A stretch of 64,000 nt of DNA, from the NCBI RefSeq assembly GCF_009914755.1, contig NC_060931.1. The stretch is one strand, 5' to 3'. Of the stretch, positions 13,900-31,479 are shown piece after piece; within the stretch, counting starts at the first letter, position 1; every line of letters begins with the position of its first letter. The notes below the pieces were generated by a model. The model had not been told where the DNA came from. It saw nothing but the letters and a program-made list of their open reading frames with translations, and made no database searches. The translations under genes were made by a program, and so were the position numbers. This DNA is from the human T2T-CHM13v2.0 reference genome, Homo sapiens.

Positions 13900-15400
13900 A
13901 CATTTATCCTAAATTAACGTATAAAGTTCATATGATTCCAACATGAATATCAACAGGTTTTTTAAGAAATAAGCTGATTCTGAATTGTATTTGGAAAAAT
14001 AAGAATTGCAAGAAAACCTCTGATTTAAAAGAAGAGCAGTATGGGAGGGTACTTTCACCAGAAATAAAAATGTATTATTTTATAACATTGTATGAAATAA
14101 TATATTAGAAAGCCTCTCTAATTAAAACTGTGTGGAGCTAATGCATGAATAGCTAGTGATACAGAGTAAAAAGTACATAAATCGTCCCATACATGTCTAT
14201 GAATTTAGTATATGCTATAGGTAGCAACTCAAGTCAGTTACAAAAAAGATGGATTGTTTAATAAATAATACTGGCAAGAAGGTTGTCATTTTAAACAAAA
14301 TTAAGTTGGATCCCTACCATACATCATAAAAGTATAGAAAAAATACAAATGATATCCTGTATTACTTTGGAATGATAAAGTATTCTTTATTCAAAAACTA
14401 TTCAAAATCCAGAAGTCATAAAAGATTGACAAAATCTGCTATGTTAGAAAAAAATTTTTGCAAAGCAAAAACAAGTAAATCCAAAGATAGACTGAGAAAA
14501 GGCATTTGTATCTTATATTATAGACAAAAGGCTAATCTCCCCAAAATGTAAAGACTTCCTAGGCATTGATGATAAAAGAACAAACGACAGATAAGTGAAG
14601 TGGGTGCTATGGTCTGAATGTGTATGAATTAATATGTTGAAACCTAATCACCAATGTGATGGTATTTGGAGATTGGGCCTTTGGGAGATGATTAGGTCCT
14701 GAGGGCAAACCCTCATGAATGGGATTATTGCCCTTATAAAAGAAGCCCCAGAGAGTTTCCTTGCCCCTTCCACCATGTGTGGACACAGAAAATGGCTATC
14801 TAGGAATCAGGAAATGGACCCTTTCCAGACATCAACTCTACCAGCACTTTGATCTTGTACTTCCTAGCCTTCCATACTGTGAGAAATAAATTTCTGTTGT
14901 TCATAAACTACCCAGTCTCTGGTATATATTATAGCAGCCCAAATGGACTAAGAGGGGAAGCAGTATAAGCAAACTATTCACAGAAAGGGAAATATTAATG
15001 CCTTTGAAATATACGATAAGATACAAGTTGATAAGACACTGTGTTGAGTGAAGGTTATGGCAGGACAGCACAGATGCATTGCTGTGGGAATATAAATTCC
15101 TAGGGTCCCTATGGAGGGCAGTCTAGATATACATATTAAAAAATGCATATACCACATCTGGTAACTTATACTCATATTGGTGGAAAAGGGTATATAAATA
15201 AGGTCATTCACTGCAGTATTACTTGTAATTGTAATTGACTGTACAATTGATAATTGTAATTGGAACTAACATCATCAATAAAGGAATAGTGGATTGATGA
15301 TGTGGTAACCATGCTATATAACACCATGTAGTGCTAACAAAGAATGGGGAGATTATGTATTTATAGGGAAAAATCCCAAGGAATATTGCTAAGTGAAAAA
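13900..15400 (+). mobile_element. Old L1M(E) 3' fragment, split by a MaLR LTR
   Basis: Degenerate L1 ORF2 end and 3'UTR motifs. Confidence 0.6.
14606..14953 (+). mobile_element. MaLR solo LTR (MLT1A/MST-like)
   Basis: tgctatggtctgaatg ... aataaatttctgttgttcataa...cccagtctctggtat...atagcagcccaaatggactaaga. Confidence 0.85.
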
Positions 15401-15424
15401 AAAATTTCAGAAATCTGAGTATAT

Positions 15425-15706
15425 TTTGTTTTTAAAAAGACAGGGTCTCACTCTGTCACCCAGGCTGGAGAGCAGTGGTGCAGTTTTGGCTCACTGCAGC
15501 CTCAACCTCCTGGGCTCAAGTAATCCTCCTGTCTCAGCCTCCCAAGTAGTTTAGCACCTCTGTGCTTGGCCAATTTTTAAATTTTTTGTATAGATAGGAG
15601 TCTATCTATGTTGTCCAGACTGGTCTAAAAATCCGGGCCTCAAGTGGTCCTCCCACCTCAGCCTCCCAAAGTACTAGGATTACAGGTGTGAGCCACCACA
15701 CCAGGC
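15425..15706 (-). mobile_element. Alu SINE (AluJ-like)
   Basis: Diverged reverse Alu dimer. Confidence 0.9.
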
Positions 15707-15726
15707 ATGAAGTGTGTCTCTTGTAG

Positions 15727-16076
<350 letters not shown>

Positions 16077-16441
16077 CAATCTCTGACTTTTCATTGCAAA
16101 GTTTAATCCATTTAAAATACGAGGATTTACTTCTGCCATTTTATTAATTATTTTCTGCCTGTCTTATTATTTTTTTGTCCCCTATTTCCTCCACTACTGC
16201 CTCTTTTCATGTTTAGTTGATTTTTCTGTAGTGAAAGGTTTTGATTCCCTTCTCACTTCTTTTTGTGTACCTTCTATAATTATTTTCTTTGTTATTACTA
16301 TGGTATTCATATTTAACATCCTAAATTTGAATTGATAACTGCAATAGCATACAAAATCTCTGCTTCTATACAACTGTATCCCCTTTTATGTTATTGATGT
16401 CACAAATTACATTTTTATGCATCGTGTGCCCAATAATATAG

Positions 16442-16757
<316 letters not shown>

Positions 16758-16915
16758 CATGGTTGTCTTTTAAATCATGTAGAAAATTAAAAGTGGAGAT
16801 ATAAAGCAAAATTACAATAGTATCAGCTTTTTTATTTGCTGATGTATTTAACTTTACTGGAGATCTTTATTTCTTTATATGGCTTTGAGTTACTGTTGAG
16901 AGTCCTTTACCCTGA

Positions 16916-17305
<390 letters not shown>

Positions 17306-17394
17306 CACACACTTCCCACCCCCATTTTTGAAGGACAGTTTTGCCAGACATAGAATTCTTAGTTGACAGGTTCCGCACTGCCCCCACCCCTGCA

Positions 17395-18055
17395 GGATGT
17401 AATAATTATGAGGAGCTTGATCCAGAAAACCTAAACTGCCTTGAACTTATTTTTAGTAGAAATTTGGATTTTAAGGGTGCTGCCAGTGAGGGCTCAAAAG
17501 AAAATAAGAAACAGTATTTGAACCTACATGAAGGGAGGTTCTTGTCATGTAGTGGTAGAAAGCTTAGGGAAATTGTTTCCTGGAAACAGAACTCACAAAT
17601 GGTAAACTTAGATACGTAGTTAAAGATATTTCCAAGCAAGGTATTGAAGATATGCCTGGTTTGCTTACAGTAAAAAGTGAGAGAAAGGAGACAAAAAGTA
17701 ACCAAGACTGGATGACTTTTAAAATTCCAGCTTCTCTGTGTGGCAAAATAAGCCTAGAATCAGAAATGGCTGCCAAAAGTGTGGCACAAAAAGATGGTCA
17801 AGTGTATGACTGTACAACCTTTTACTAAAACCTCAAAAAAAAAAAAAATGGTCAGAAGATGAAGTTGTATAAATGACATTTGCAAGAGATTAAGTTTGTG
17901 CCTTACAGATCTTCCCAAACTAGGGGGCTTCTAGGAAACATAGAAGTGGTGTCCCTCAGCAGGAGGCCAAAATAGAGAAGGAATTCTCTCAAAAACATCT
18001 GGGATTGTGGCTTTTGTCTAATGAAGTTAATATCCATGAAATCCATGGGATGCCC
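17395..18055 (+). mobile_element. MaLR internal (MLT1-int-like) fragment
   Basis: Motifs 'gtgagggctcaaaagaaaat', 'cttgtcatgtagtggtagaaagctt' and 'atttccaagcaaggtattgaag' resemble MaLR-int. Confidence 0.6.
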
Positions 18056-18425
18056 TTAACATTTTTTCTTTCATTTTGACCTTGGAGAAGCTGATGATTA
18101 TGTGTCTCAGGGTTGATCTTCTCCTGGAGTATTTTACTGGGACTCTCTAGATTTCCTAAATGTGAATGAGATTACAGACATGAGCCACCATGCCTGGCTA
18201 ATAATTTTTACCTTAAAGTTTATTTTTCTGATATCATATTCCAGCTTTCTTTTGGTCAACATTTTCCTGGAATATCTTTTCTTCTGTAATTTCACTTTCA
18301 ACTTATTTGAGTCTCTGAATCTCAGTTGTGTCTCTTGAAGACAACATATAGTTGGATTATGTTTTTTTGTTGGCTTGGCTTGGTTGGTGGTGGTATATAG
18401 GAATGCTAGTGATTTTTGTACATTC

Positions 18426-21599
<3,174 letters not shown>

Positions 21600-21600
<1 letters not shown>

Positions 21601-24180
21601 TAGGACTCCCTTTAATATTTCTGGTAGGGCAGGCTTTCTAGCATTTCTTTAGTTTGTGTTTATCTGGGAATGTCTTAAATTCTTCTTCAGTTTTTCAAAA
21701 TAAGTTTGCTGGATATAAAATCTTTGGTTGATGATTTTTTCTCCCAAGGACTTTGAAAATGTCATCCCACTGCCTTCTTGCCTACATGGTTTCTGATGAG
21801 AAATCCACTGTTAATCTTGTTGAGGAGCCCTTGCACGTATTGAATTACATTTTTCTTGCTGCTTTCAAGAGGCTTTCTTTGTCTTTGTCTTTCAATAGTT
21901 TGATCATGATGTGTCTAAGTGTGGATCTCTGAGTTTGTCCTACTTGGAGGTCATTGAGCTCTTGAATGCGTAATGTTTTTCATAAAAGTTTTGGAAGTTT
22001 TGGCCATTGTTTCTTGATGTATTCTTCCTGTCTGTCTCTTGCTCTCTCTCTCTTCTCCTTCTGAGATTCCCATTATGCATATGATGATATGCTTATGGAA
22101 TAAGACAGGTCTCTCAAGCTCTATTTATTTACTTTCATTCTTTTTTCGTTTTATTCCTCAGACTGGATAACCTCAGTTGTCCCATATTCAAGTTTGCTGA
22201 TTCTTTCTGCTGCCTGCTCAAATCTGCTGTTAAATCTTTGGGCAGGAGGATTGGGTTGCTCAAATCTTACACATTTCAAAGAAATGTTTATCTTCAGGCC
22301 TGGCCATTGGCTGGCCCCTGGAAGGTAGCCTCTGAGCCCTTGGAATATTCTTCCTCATATGAGTTTCTGTATGCCCGAAGCCCTGAACCATGCTGTATTT
22401 ATGGTATTTATTGTAAACACCTGTTTTTGTATGATTAAGCCCTTGGGCTACACTGTACCAGTTTGACTGGATAAGTTTATCCTAGAAAAGTGATTTATGA
22501 TGAATGCCTGGTTTTGCTCTGTGGTGAAGACTGGATGGAGTCTGAGTAGCTGAGGTCATTCATATGGGCACTGCATGCCTATGTGACTGACCCCCAACAA
22601 AAACTCTTGATACCAAGGCTTCGGTGAGCTTTCCTAGCAACACTTCACATGTGTAGTCACACATTCCTCCTGGAACAATTAAGGACATCCCTATGTGACT
22701 CCACTGGGAAGGGTTACTTGGAAGTTTGAACTTGATTTCTCCTGGACTTAATCCATGTAACTCCTCCCTCTGTCAACTGTGATATATCCTTTTGCTGTAA
22801 TAAACTGTAACCATGAATATGGCAGTGTCTGAGTTCTGTGAGTCTTTCTACTGAATCATTGAACCTGAGTATGGTATTGAAAATTCCCAATACAGCCCAT
22901 GTAGTGAAGTTTTCATCTCAGTTATTTTCCTGTTTATTTCAGAATTTCTGTTTCTTATAATTTATATCTTTTTATTGATATTCTCTATTTGTTGGGATAT
23001 TAGTCTCATACTTGCATTTAGTTCTTTAGACACAGTTTCTTTTAGTTCTCTAGATATATTTGAAATAACTGATTTAAAGTACTTGCCTAGTAGGTCCAAC
23101 TTCTATGTTTCCTGGGCAGTTTCTATTCATTGATTTATTTCCTATGTATGGACCATGCTTTCTTGATTCTTTGCACCTTTATATGTGGTTTTGTGTGTTT
23201 TTGAAAACTGGATCTTTTAAATAATATGGTGGTCCTGGAAATCAGATTATCCTCCCCACTTCTGCTCCCCAAAGCGTTGTTTTGTGACTTTTGTAAACTA
23301 ATCCTTTAAAGTCCATATTCTTTGTCATGTGTAGCCACTGAAGTCTCTGCTTAGTTATCTTAGTGGTCAGCTAATAATTAAACAGATATTTTCTTACATG
23401 CCTTTGCGAAGGAGTTCTGTGTGAATGTTGGGGAATGCTTTAAAAACTGAGACAGGCAGTTGATAGCTCTGTGTTAGCATTCACTGTCTGATTGCACAGA
23501 GACTCAGGATTATCCCAAGGTGAGAGCATAGGGCCTTCTTAGGTCTTTCCTGAGCAGTCACACAGCCCTACACATTCATGTGTAGATTCCAAAAAGATAA
23601 TGAAACTTTTCAAAGCCTCTATGGAAATCTCATTCCCTAAGCTTTTCCTGGTAAGTTCTTTGGTTAATCAATTGTTTGTCCCAGTTGTTATCCACAATTT
23701 TAGGCAGCTGGAAAGTTTATAAATTGCCTGTGTTTTCAAAAATACCCCAGGGAAAATGTTTTTATACTGGGAGAGCTCTGAGTCAGGTCAAATAAAGACA
23801 ACTTTGCAAGTGGGTCATCAAGGGAACTACCAGACAGGTAAAATGACAATTCTCTTCATTAGAGGCTTAGAAGGAACTCTACCTTTGTTCTGTCTCTTTT
23901 GGGAGCTACCAAACAGCTGGTTTTCACCATGATTGCAGAATGTTTTCAAAGCTACTGTGGTGCTAGAGAGGGAAAGATGATAATAGGGCCAGGTAAAGTG
24001 CCATGAAGCTTGCCGTTCTTACCAAGATTCTACTGTTTTTCCTGAATAAACCCACCCTGGATTGCTAAAAGTGTAGCAAAGTTTGGTTAACTTCTAGAGT
24101 TTTACATTTTTTAATGCTGACAATTTTTACCAGTTTTCTTATTTGTTGAGAAGAGAGTTTTCTGTCTTTACCATCTTTAC
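21600..24180 (-). mobile_element. Old L1M 5'/ORF1 region, interrupted by a MER21-like LTR
   Basis: Degenerate antisense L1 ORF1/5'UTR-like sequence. Confidence 0.6.
22238..22894 (+). mobile_element. ERVL LTR, MER21-like
   Basis: 'gcctatgtgactgacccccaacaaaaactc', 'gtgactccactgggaaggg', 'gctgtaataaactgtaaccatga', 'gaatcattgaacctgag'. Confidence 0.75.
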
Positions 24181-24199
24181 AAACCCAGAGTAATTTAAA

Positions 24200-26420
24200 A
24201 ATGTAAATTGCATGTTATTTTTCTACTTCAAATGCTTTATTTCCAATGTTTTTAGAATAAAATCCAAACTCCACAATCAAAGTCTATAAGACTAATAGGA
24301 CTCCGTTTACATCTCCAGAATCATCTTTAATCCCACTTCCGCCTCATCAATATGTTCCAACAACACAGAGATCCTTCATGTTCTTGAGAGTCAAGTGTTA
24401 CCTAGCCCAACTGCCTGTAGTATATAAATAATTGGTTTCTGACCATTCTGTTGGTCCTCCACTTTTTTTCTGTTGGCCTTCTTTTCACCCCAAATTCAAG
24501 TATATTGGATAAGAGCCCCCCACCCATTTGCCAGTCTCAGTAAAATTAAATTATATCTCACAGGTCCTACTGAGTCAGAGGTCTAAACCCTGACCTGAGA
24601 GATGCAGTGTTCTGATTAGCCAGACCTGAGATCTGGTGCAAGGTGTGGAGTCACCTTAAATGGAAGTACCTGGCTGGAAATTAGAGCAGAAATGTTTGTG
24701 TAGAGAAAAAATGTAAAGTTGCTAGAAGAAGGGTAAGTTGATACTGGGCAGAAACCACAACCACCTGTTTTCATTACATTGCCTTTGGGTCTGTGCCCAT
24801 GCTGTTTCCTCTGACCAGAATGCTAAGCATGAGTGGCACATGATTAGTCTTCAAATTATGTCTTAAATATTTTCTCTTTAGATAGACCTATTCTGATCAT
24901 TTAATCCAGGTAGCTTCCTTTCCTCATTCTCTATTACAACACTTTTTTTTAACCTTCATAACTTTTATATTAGACATTAGGTTAATTCTGTCAGCAAATA
25001 TTTACTTAGCACCAACTAGTACCAGATAGTGTACTAGACTTCGTTCATCTTCCATAATACACTATGTTTTATTCACCAGTGCATAGTTCAATGCCTAGAA
25101 CACAAAAGGTCCTAAGTCAGTATTCACTCAATGAATGAATGAAAGGGCCCTGATACTCAATCCAATAACATTTTTAAATGTTAAAAAAAAAAAAAAAAGG
25201 AAAGGGGGTATGTTATTCTACTAGGCCAGTTTATCTCAATCTTTCTTCATTGTCCTAACATTTAATTTGCTTTAGGCACATGCATGGACTCCCAAATTAA
25301 GGTAATAAGAATCTTAATCACATAAAAATTAAACATAATATGAAAACTACATGATAAACTGCCTAAAATGTACTGCACCCTATTAATTGACTGCAAAGTG
25401 AGATCATCTGATCACAGAAATCCTTGGAGCAAATGAACAACCTTTAAAAATGTAAGATTTATTAAGAAAGTAATAAAATTTGTACAAAAATAATAAGTAA
25501 TGTTGTATTTTAATTTTGTGAAATGTCAATAAAATACCATCTCAGACTTTCCCTGATCGTTAGATTCTGGCAAATATCCAACTTCATGTACCTTATCTTT
25601 TTTGCTATTGGAGAAATAATTGCAACACACTTTAGCTGCTGCATGAATGTTCAGATGACAAAATGAGCACCAGTTTTCTCATCAGATCCTGTGGTTTCAG
25701 TGAAAACCCATATCCAGATGACTTACCAATCATAGCACCAGTCCGAACCTCTACTCTGAGTTTCAAATTCATATATTCAATTGCCTACTAATTTTGGTTT
25801 TCTCAGAGGTACCTCAAGTTCACTTTGCATAAAACTAAGCTCATATTATTTCCTCAATCCTGATTCTCATCCACTATTGTCTATCACAATGGATATTGCC
25901 ACCATTTGACCAAGAAGAACCCACACGTCAGAATTGGCTCCTCTCTGTTCCTCAACACTATTTCCAAAGTATCAATGTAACAACAACTGCTGCCTTTTTA
26001 CCTCCTAAATAGCTCTTGAATCTCCCACCACTATCCGAGTCAAAGCTACCATTTCTCCAATTATATCTACAACAGATTTCAGACTGGTATAACCACACCC
26101 ATTCTGCCCAACTGCTGTATCTGCTCTCTATATTATTGTTGGATTATTTGTATGTATAAAAAGGTCAAATATGACCACATCCTATTTTTCATTCTTAACA
26201 TCCTTCAGACTTTATTTTTCTCCTTTAAGTTCATGCATGGTTTTGGCCTACCTTGGGTCTCACCTTCCCCTATACTTCACCATCTCATGCTTAGTCTTCG
26301 TTACTGTGGCTACACTGGACTTTCTAATGGAACTCTAGACTCACTAGGCTCTCTTCTTCCAAAAGGGCTTAAATAATGCTCTTCTATCTGCCTCAAATAT
26401 TTTTTCTTATTCTTCATCAT
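24200..26420. mobile_element. L2 fragments
   Basis: 'agaataaaatccaaactcc', 'tgaatgaatga' tail, 'ctctactctgagtttcaaattcatatattcaa'. Confidence 0.55.
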
Positions 26421-27319
26421 CTTAGCATTTTCTTTCTTTGACATTTCCCTAAATTTTTATTGAAGATTTTCTAATTACTCAAGTAAGATATGAATACTTT
26501 CTTCCTTACAAAAAATTATAACATTGCAAATAAAGTCAGGATATAACTTTCCTAATCTTAGCACCATCACAAGTTCAGTTAGATTTGTTTTTCCAAAATC
26601 ACCTTTGTTCCAACAGATGGCCTTAGAACTCTTGAGTCACTTGTCACCTGAGACTACTCATCTTAGGCTGCAAAGCCACCAATTATTTCACAATGCACAT
26701 AGTGTTTACTCCTGCCCTACCCTTTTGCTCATACTTGGAATACTTCTTCGCATACCAGCACTGAAACATATCATTCTCTTAGTTTCTTTTCAAATAAACT
26801 ATATTTTCTGTTGCAGTTTGAATTAACAGGGAGTAGTCAGCCAAGGTGTTGCAAAGGATACCAATTGCATCATTGTCAAGAGCCCTCTCCAGGGAACACT
26901 TACTCCTTCAATTAACCATAGTCCATGGGCTGGCTTTTGGTATTACAGGATCAGGAGGCTGATTTTGCCAGAATCCCATAAGGAAAGCTACCATTTAGGG
27001 GTAGACTCACATTAGACACATAGACTCAAAGGCCAATTTTTAAATATATAGTGAAAAATATCACTCTCCTAGTGCCATGACCAGTGCTGTGTCTCCACAA
27101 AAGATAAACATGAGAATCCAAACTTAAATTAGAAATTGCTTGGTGCATATGAAATCAAGCTTAAAGGCTCTTAGAACATATCGTCAAGTCTCTTCCCAGG
27201 AAAGTGGTACCAACTAAAAATCTCACTGGCTGTATATCAATGCCAGTTTTAATACACTGTCCAACACTAGTTGTCAGGCAAACTTCCATTCTCATTCTTT
27301 CAATTGACATCAAATGACA

Positions 27320-28595
27320 TTTTTTTCATTTCATTTCCAACTTTTGTTTTAAGCTCAGGGTTACATGTGCAGGATGTGCAGGTTTCTTCATAGGTAAACG
27401 TGTGCCATATGGTTTGCTGCACAGATCATCCCATCACCCAGGTATTAAGCCCAGCACCTACTAGATATTCTTCCTGATCCGCTCTGTCCTCCCATCTCCT
27501 GCCCTCCAACAGGTCCCTGTGTGTGTTGTTACCCCCCATGTGTCCGTGTGTTCTCATTATTTAGCTCTCACTTATGAGAACATGTGGCATTTTGTTTTCT
27601 GTTTCTACATTAGTTTGCTAAGGATAATGGCCTCCAGCCCCATCCATGTCCCTGCAAAGGATATGATCTCATTCCTTTTTATGGCTGCATAGTAGTCCAT
27701 GGTGTATATGTACCACATTTTCTTTATGCAGTCTGTCATTGATGGGCATTTAGGTTGATTCTACCTCTCTGCTGTTGTGAATAGTGCTGCAGTGAACATA
27801 CATGTGCATGTATCTTTATAATAGAATAATTTATACTCCTTTGCGTATATACCCAGCAATGGGATTGCTGGGTTGAATGGTATTTCTGTCTCCAGGTCTT
27901 TGAGGAACCACCACAGTGTCTTCCACAATGGTTGAACTAATTTACACTCCCACCAACAGTGTAAAAGCATTCCTATTTCTCCACAACCTTGCCAGCATCT
28001 GTTATTTTTTGACTTTTTTTTTAATAATAGCCATTCTGACTGGTGTGAGATGGTATCTCATTATGGTTTTGATTTGCATTTCTCTAATGATCAGCGATGT
28101 TGAGCTTTTCTCACTCTGTCGCCCAGACTGAAGTGCAGTGGCACGATCTCAGCTCACTGCAACTTCCATCTCCAGAGTTTAAGTGATTCTCTTGCCTCAG
28201 CCTTCCAAGTAGCTTGGATTACAGGTGCCCGCCACCATGGCCGGCTAATTTTTGTATTTTTAGTAGAGATGGGGTTTTACCATGTCGGCCAGGCTGGTCT
28301 TGAACTCCTTACTACCCCTCAAGTGATCTGCCCGCCTCGGCCTCCCAAAGTGCTGCAATTACAGGCGTGAGCCACTGCACCTGGCCAGCTTTTTTTCATA
28401 TGTTTTTTGGCAACATGTATGTCATCTTTCGACAATTGTCTATTCATGTCCTTTGCCCACTTTTTAATGTTTTTTCCCTAGTAAATTTAAGTTCCTTATA
28501 GATGCTGGATATTAGACCTTTGTCAGATGTATAGATTGCAAAAATTTTCTCCCATTCTGTAGGTTGTCTGTTTACTCTGTTGATAGTTTCTTTTC
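27320..28595 (-). mobile_element. L1PA (older primate) 3' end, with an internal Alu at ~28110-28386
   Basis: Antisense L1 3'UTR ('ttacatgtgcaggatgtgcaggtt') and ORF2 C-terminus 'HCWWECKLVQPLWKTLW..LKDLE.EIPFNPAIPLLGIY'. Confidence 0.92.
28110..28386 (-). mobile_element. Alu lacking its poly(A) tail
   Basis: Reverse Alu starting at 'ctcactctgtcgcccag'. Confidence 0.9.
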
Positions 28596-29479
28596 ATCTT
28601 AGCATTTACTACTCATTCTTTTGGTATCAACCAAACTTTAGGGAAGCTTCTCTGACCTTGCTGACTAGGTGAAGTCCTGCTGTGATAAACTTTTATAGCA
28701 TCAATTACTTTCCCTTATAGCATTTATCACTATTACAGGTTGACATTTATTTGTATGACGACTTAATATCTGTCTTTTCCAGTAGAATGTAAACTCCTTG
28801 AGAACAAGCCTATGTCTAATTTGGCTCACCATTGCATCCTTAGAACACTCTCTGACTTATAGTAACATATTAGGCATTCAGTAAGGAAGCAAATGGTAGA
28901 GGTGTTTCATAGGAAATTCTGAAATGCAAATTTTTGAGGCTGCCCTATTTTTGGATGGCTTGCTTAAAGGCTTTTATTCATCCTTAATTGGTATGGTCAA
29001 GATATGAGAACAGCTCAGATCTTGGACCATTGATCCCAAGTGTCACTCACCTCACTTATTTGCTATGTATGTACTTGGAGGCACTGACCTTGATGTTATT
29101 TTCTATTTAATTTTCTTCTAAGTATTCTCTTAGCCTCAAATTTAGCCTTAATAGCTTTACTTAGTGCTCTTTTCTGTCATCAGTGTAGACTTACAGATGT
29201 GAATTTTTAATGCATACTTTGACCTAAATAAATGTTTAGGGGCTTTCAATTTCATTACTGCCATTGGCACTTCTGTCTAAAGATCAACAATTCCTTGTTG
29301 CTCACTGCCCAGTACCATTACTGATGTAGCCTCCAAGTAAGTACTGAAGGGGGATAGAAATAAACACACAAGCTTGGTGGGAGAAGGCCTTACTAAGGTC
29401 AATGTTTAAAAGAATCATGGTCCCTTAGTCAATTCTAAAGAACCAATTTATAGACATGGAACCTGTGGAACCTGGAACC

Positions 29480-30900
29480 TGGGAAATCTTGTAACCTTAG
29501 GTACACACCATGTGGAAATTGAACCTAGACCTTCCTCAAAGAGAGGCTGTCATGTGTATGGGTAAATATACCCTGGAGGATGGAAAAGCCACAAACTTTT
29601 AGGGGATATTTGGAATCTAAATCTGAGTTTACTGGAATTGCTGAAAATGTACAGAACCACTACAGTCAGTATTTTAGATCAAGGGATTATGCTGGCTAAC
29701 TGAAAAGGTGTTTTAAGTTTACCATCAGGACCCAAAACTTACCATATAGTCATTTGCCCACTAGGAGAGTACAGTTGGGATAGCAGTCCTCAGCATGTGG
29801 CAGAATCCTCACTTTGTTAAAACAAAACAAAACAAAACAAAAAAACCCTTAATAGTCCTTAAGGACTATTAGGGTAGCATCAACCAAGGGGAAATTATCT
29901 GGACTCTTTTCCCCATCAAAATGTTAAGTCAGAAACAAGATCACTTTTTCACGGGGAACTGCAGCGATTAAAGCTATTATTAAAGATTTGTAAGATGCTG
30001 GCCAATGATTTCTCTCCCCATTCAATACCTCAATATGGTCAGTGCAAAAACCAATGCTAATTCCAACTGCACTTTGCAATCTCCAAATGGCTTCTTTACT
30101 AGAATAGATGAATAAAGTTCCTGATTTCTCATCTGTTGTCCATGATATGTCGATTGTGCATTACTTTATTCCTGCTCACTTGGACTATTAGGAGCAGTTT
30201 GATTTCACCTGGTAAGAGCAACAGTTTGTTTACTCTGTGTCTGTGCCAAAATCTGGTCCTCTGGAGCCTTGACAACATTGCATTCCTCCTAGGCCATGAC
30301 ACTGATGCAATACATTTACAATCTCAAGCTGATTACTCCTGGAGAACAGCAAGTGGCAATGCCCTAGTTAACTTAGGAAGAAATTAGAGATACATCTTTA
30401 AGAAATAAGAGAACCTACATCCTCTGTCCTAGAAAGAAGAGGGAGGTTCTAATGTCAATGATATGACAGAGTATTCTCCCTAAGTGGAAAACAAGTTACG
30501 GTACCTAACATTAACAGGGAATCTTTCTGGATTTTGGAATTTTTGTGACCTCTGGGCACCTAATAGGTGACACAAAAATTTGCCCAAAGTAGATTAAGAG
30601 AAGGTTTTCCAGCTAGTCCAGTCTGCAAGGAAAGCTGTCCTGCCAGGTGACATGATAGCCACACTGATCCAGTAGTATCCAAGATGCATGAGAGCCTTGA
30701 ACATAAAAGAGTTACTGCAAGGTACTCTGGGGTTTTGGAGCTAACTGATGTCACATTAGCAGTAACTATTCTCTTTTTGTGTAACAGCTCCTGTCTTGCT
30801 TCTAGATCCAAATGTCCTCCCATTCCAGTAGGTGTAGCTGTAGAAAAAAAAACCCACCAAATATCTGATTATGAAGTCAAGTAAGTACGCAGCGTGGGCT
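29480..30900 (+). mobile_element. Second decayed ERVL pro-pol remnant
   Basis: 29930-30052 translates to pieces like 'QKQ..GTAAIKAIIKDL*DAG..SPFNTSIWSVQKP', the ERVL RT N-terminus. Confidence 0.65.
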
Positions 30901-31194
30901 GCCCTGCATGAATTGGGTGTCATCAGTTTCACAATCCATAAAACTAGGTTTATTCGAAAACACTCCCAAGTGGTATATAAAACAACAGGATTTACAGGCC
31001 ACAAGAGTTAAAGTATTATTTAAATGGGTTGCTCAACTGGAACACGGAGGCACAGGCATTTTATATATTCATAGGAAGCACTAAAGTCTTGTGGAATGAG
31101 AATGAACACATAAACCTGTTTCTAGCGATTAAAAGATTTCTACTAAATAGGAAGCAAATAGTTTACTGAAGTAAATTTCACCAGTCATTAGGCT

Positions 31195-31428
31195 TCATTA
31201 ATAATATTTATTTTAAAGATCAACTTTTATTGTAACAAATATAAAGTCATCAATGTTTTACAAATTGTCAAAAATGCTTTAAGTACAAAAAAATACATTA
31301 GTAAAATGAAAGTTATGTTGTATTATTTGGTATACACTTAATACTGCCAACATGCATAACATATGCCAGAAAAGCTCATGCATTATTGGAAGAGAAAAGA
31401 AATGTGATGTAACTGCTATATTGTCTGA
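31195..31428 (-). other. SGCE: SGCE 3'UTR (end approximate)
   Basis: Lies between the stop codons and the polyA signals. Confidence 0.8.
31207..31231 (-). terminator. SGCE: SGCE polyadenylation signals (AATAAA at 31231-31226 and 31212-31207)
   Basis: tttatt on the + strand, ~200-250 nt past the SGCE stop codons. Confidence 0.8.
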
Positions 31429-31479
31429 TTATAAATTCATTGCTTCAGTCAGTTTTCTTTCTTCAGGGATACCATTTAC
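31429..31479 (-). CDS. SGCE: SGCE exon 12, alternative frame after exon 11b (VNGIPEERKLTEAMNL*)
   Basis: Open frame of 17 codons ending TAA at 31431-31429 when 35-nt exon 11b is included. Confidence 0.9.
   Translation of the reverse strand, partial: VNGIPEERKLTEAMNL
31463..31479 (-). CDS. SGCE: SGCE terminal exon 12, canonical frame (G)KWYP*
   Basis: Acceptor ...attgcag at 31481-31480; GT AAA TGG TAT CCC TGA gives the known epsilon-sarcoglycan C-terminus ...QQQTTGKWYP. Confidence 0.95.
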
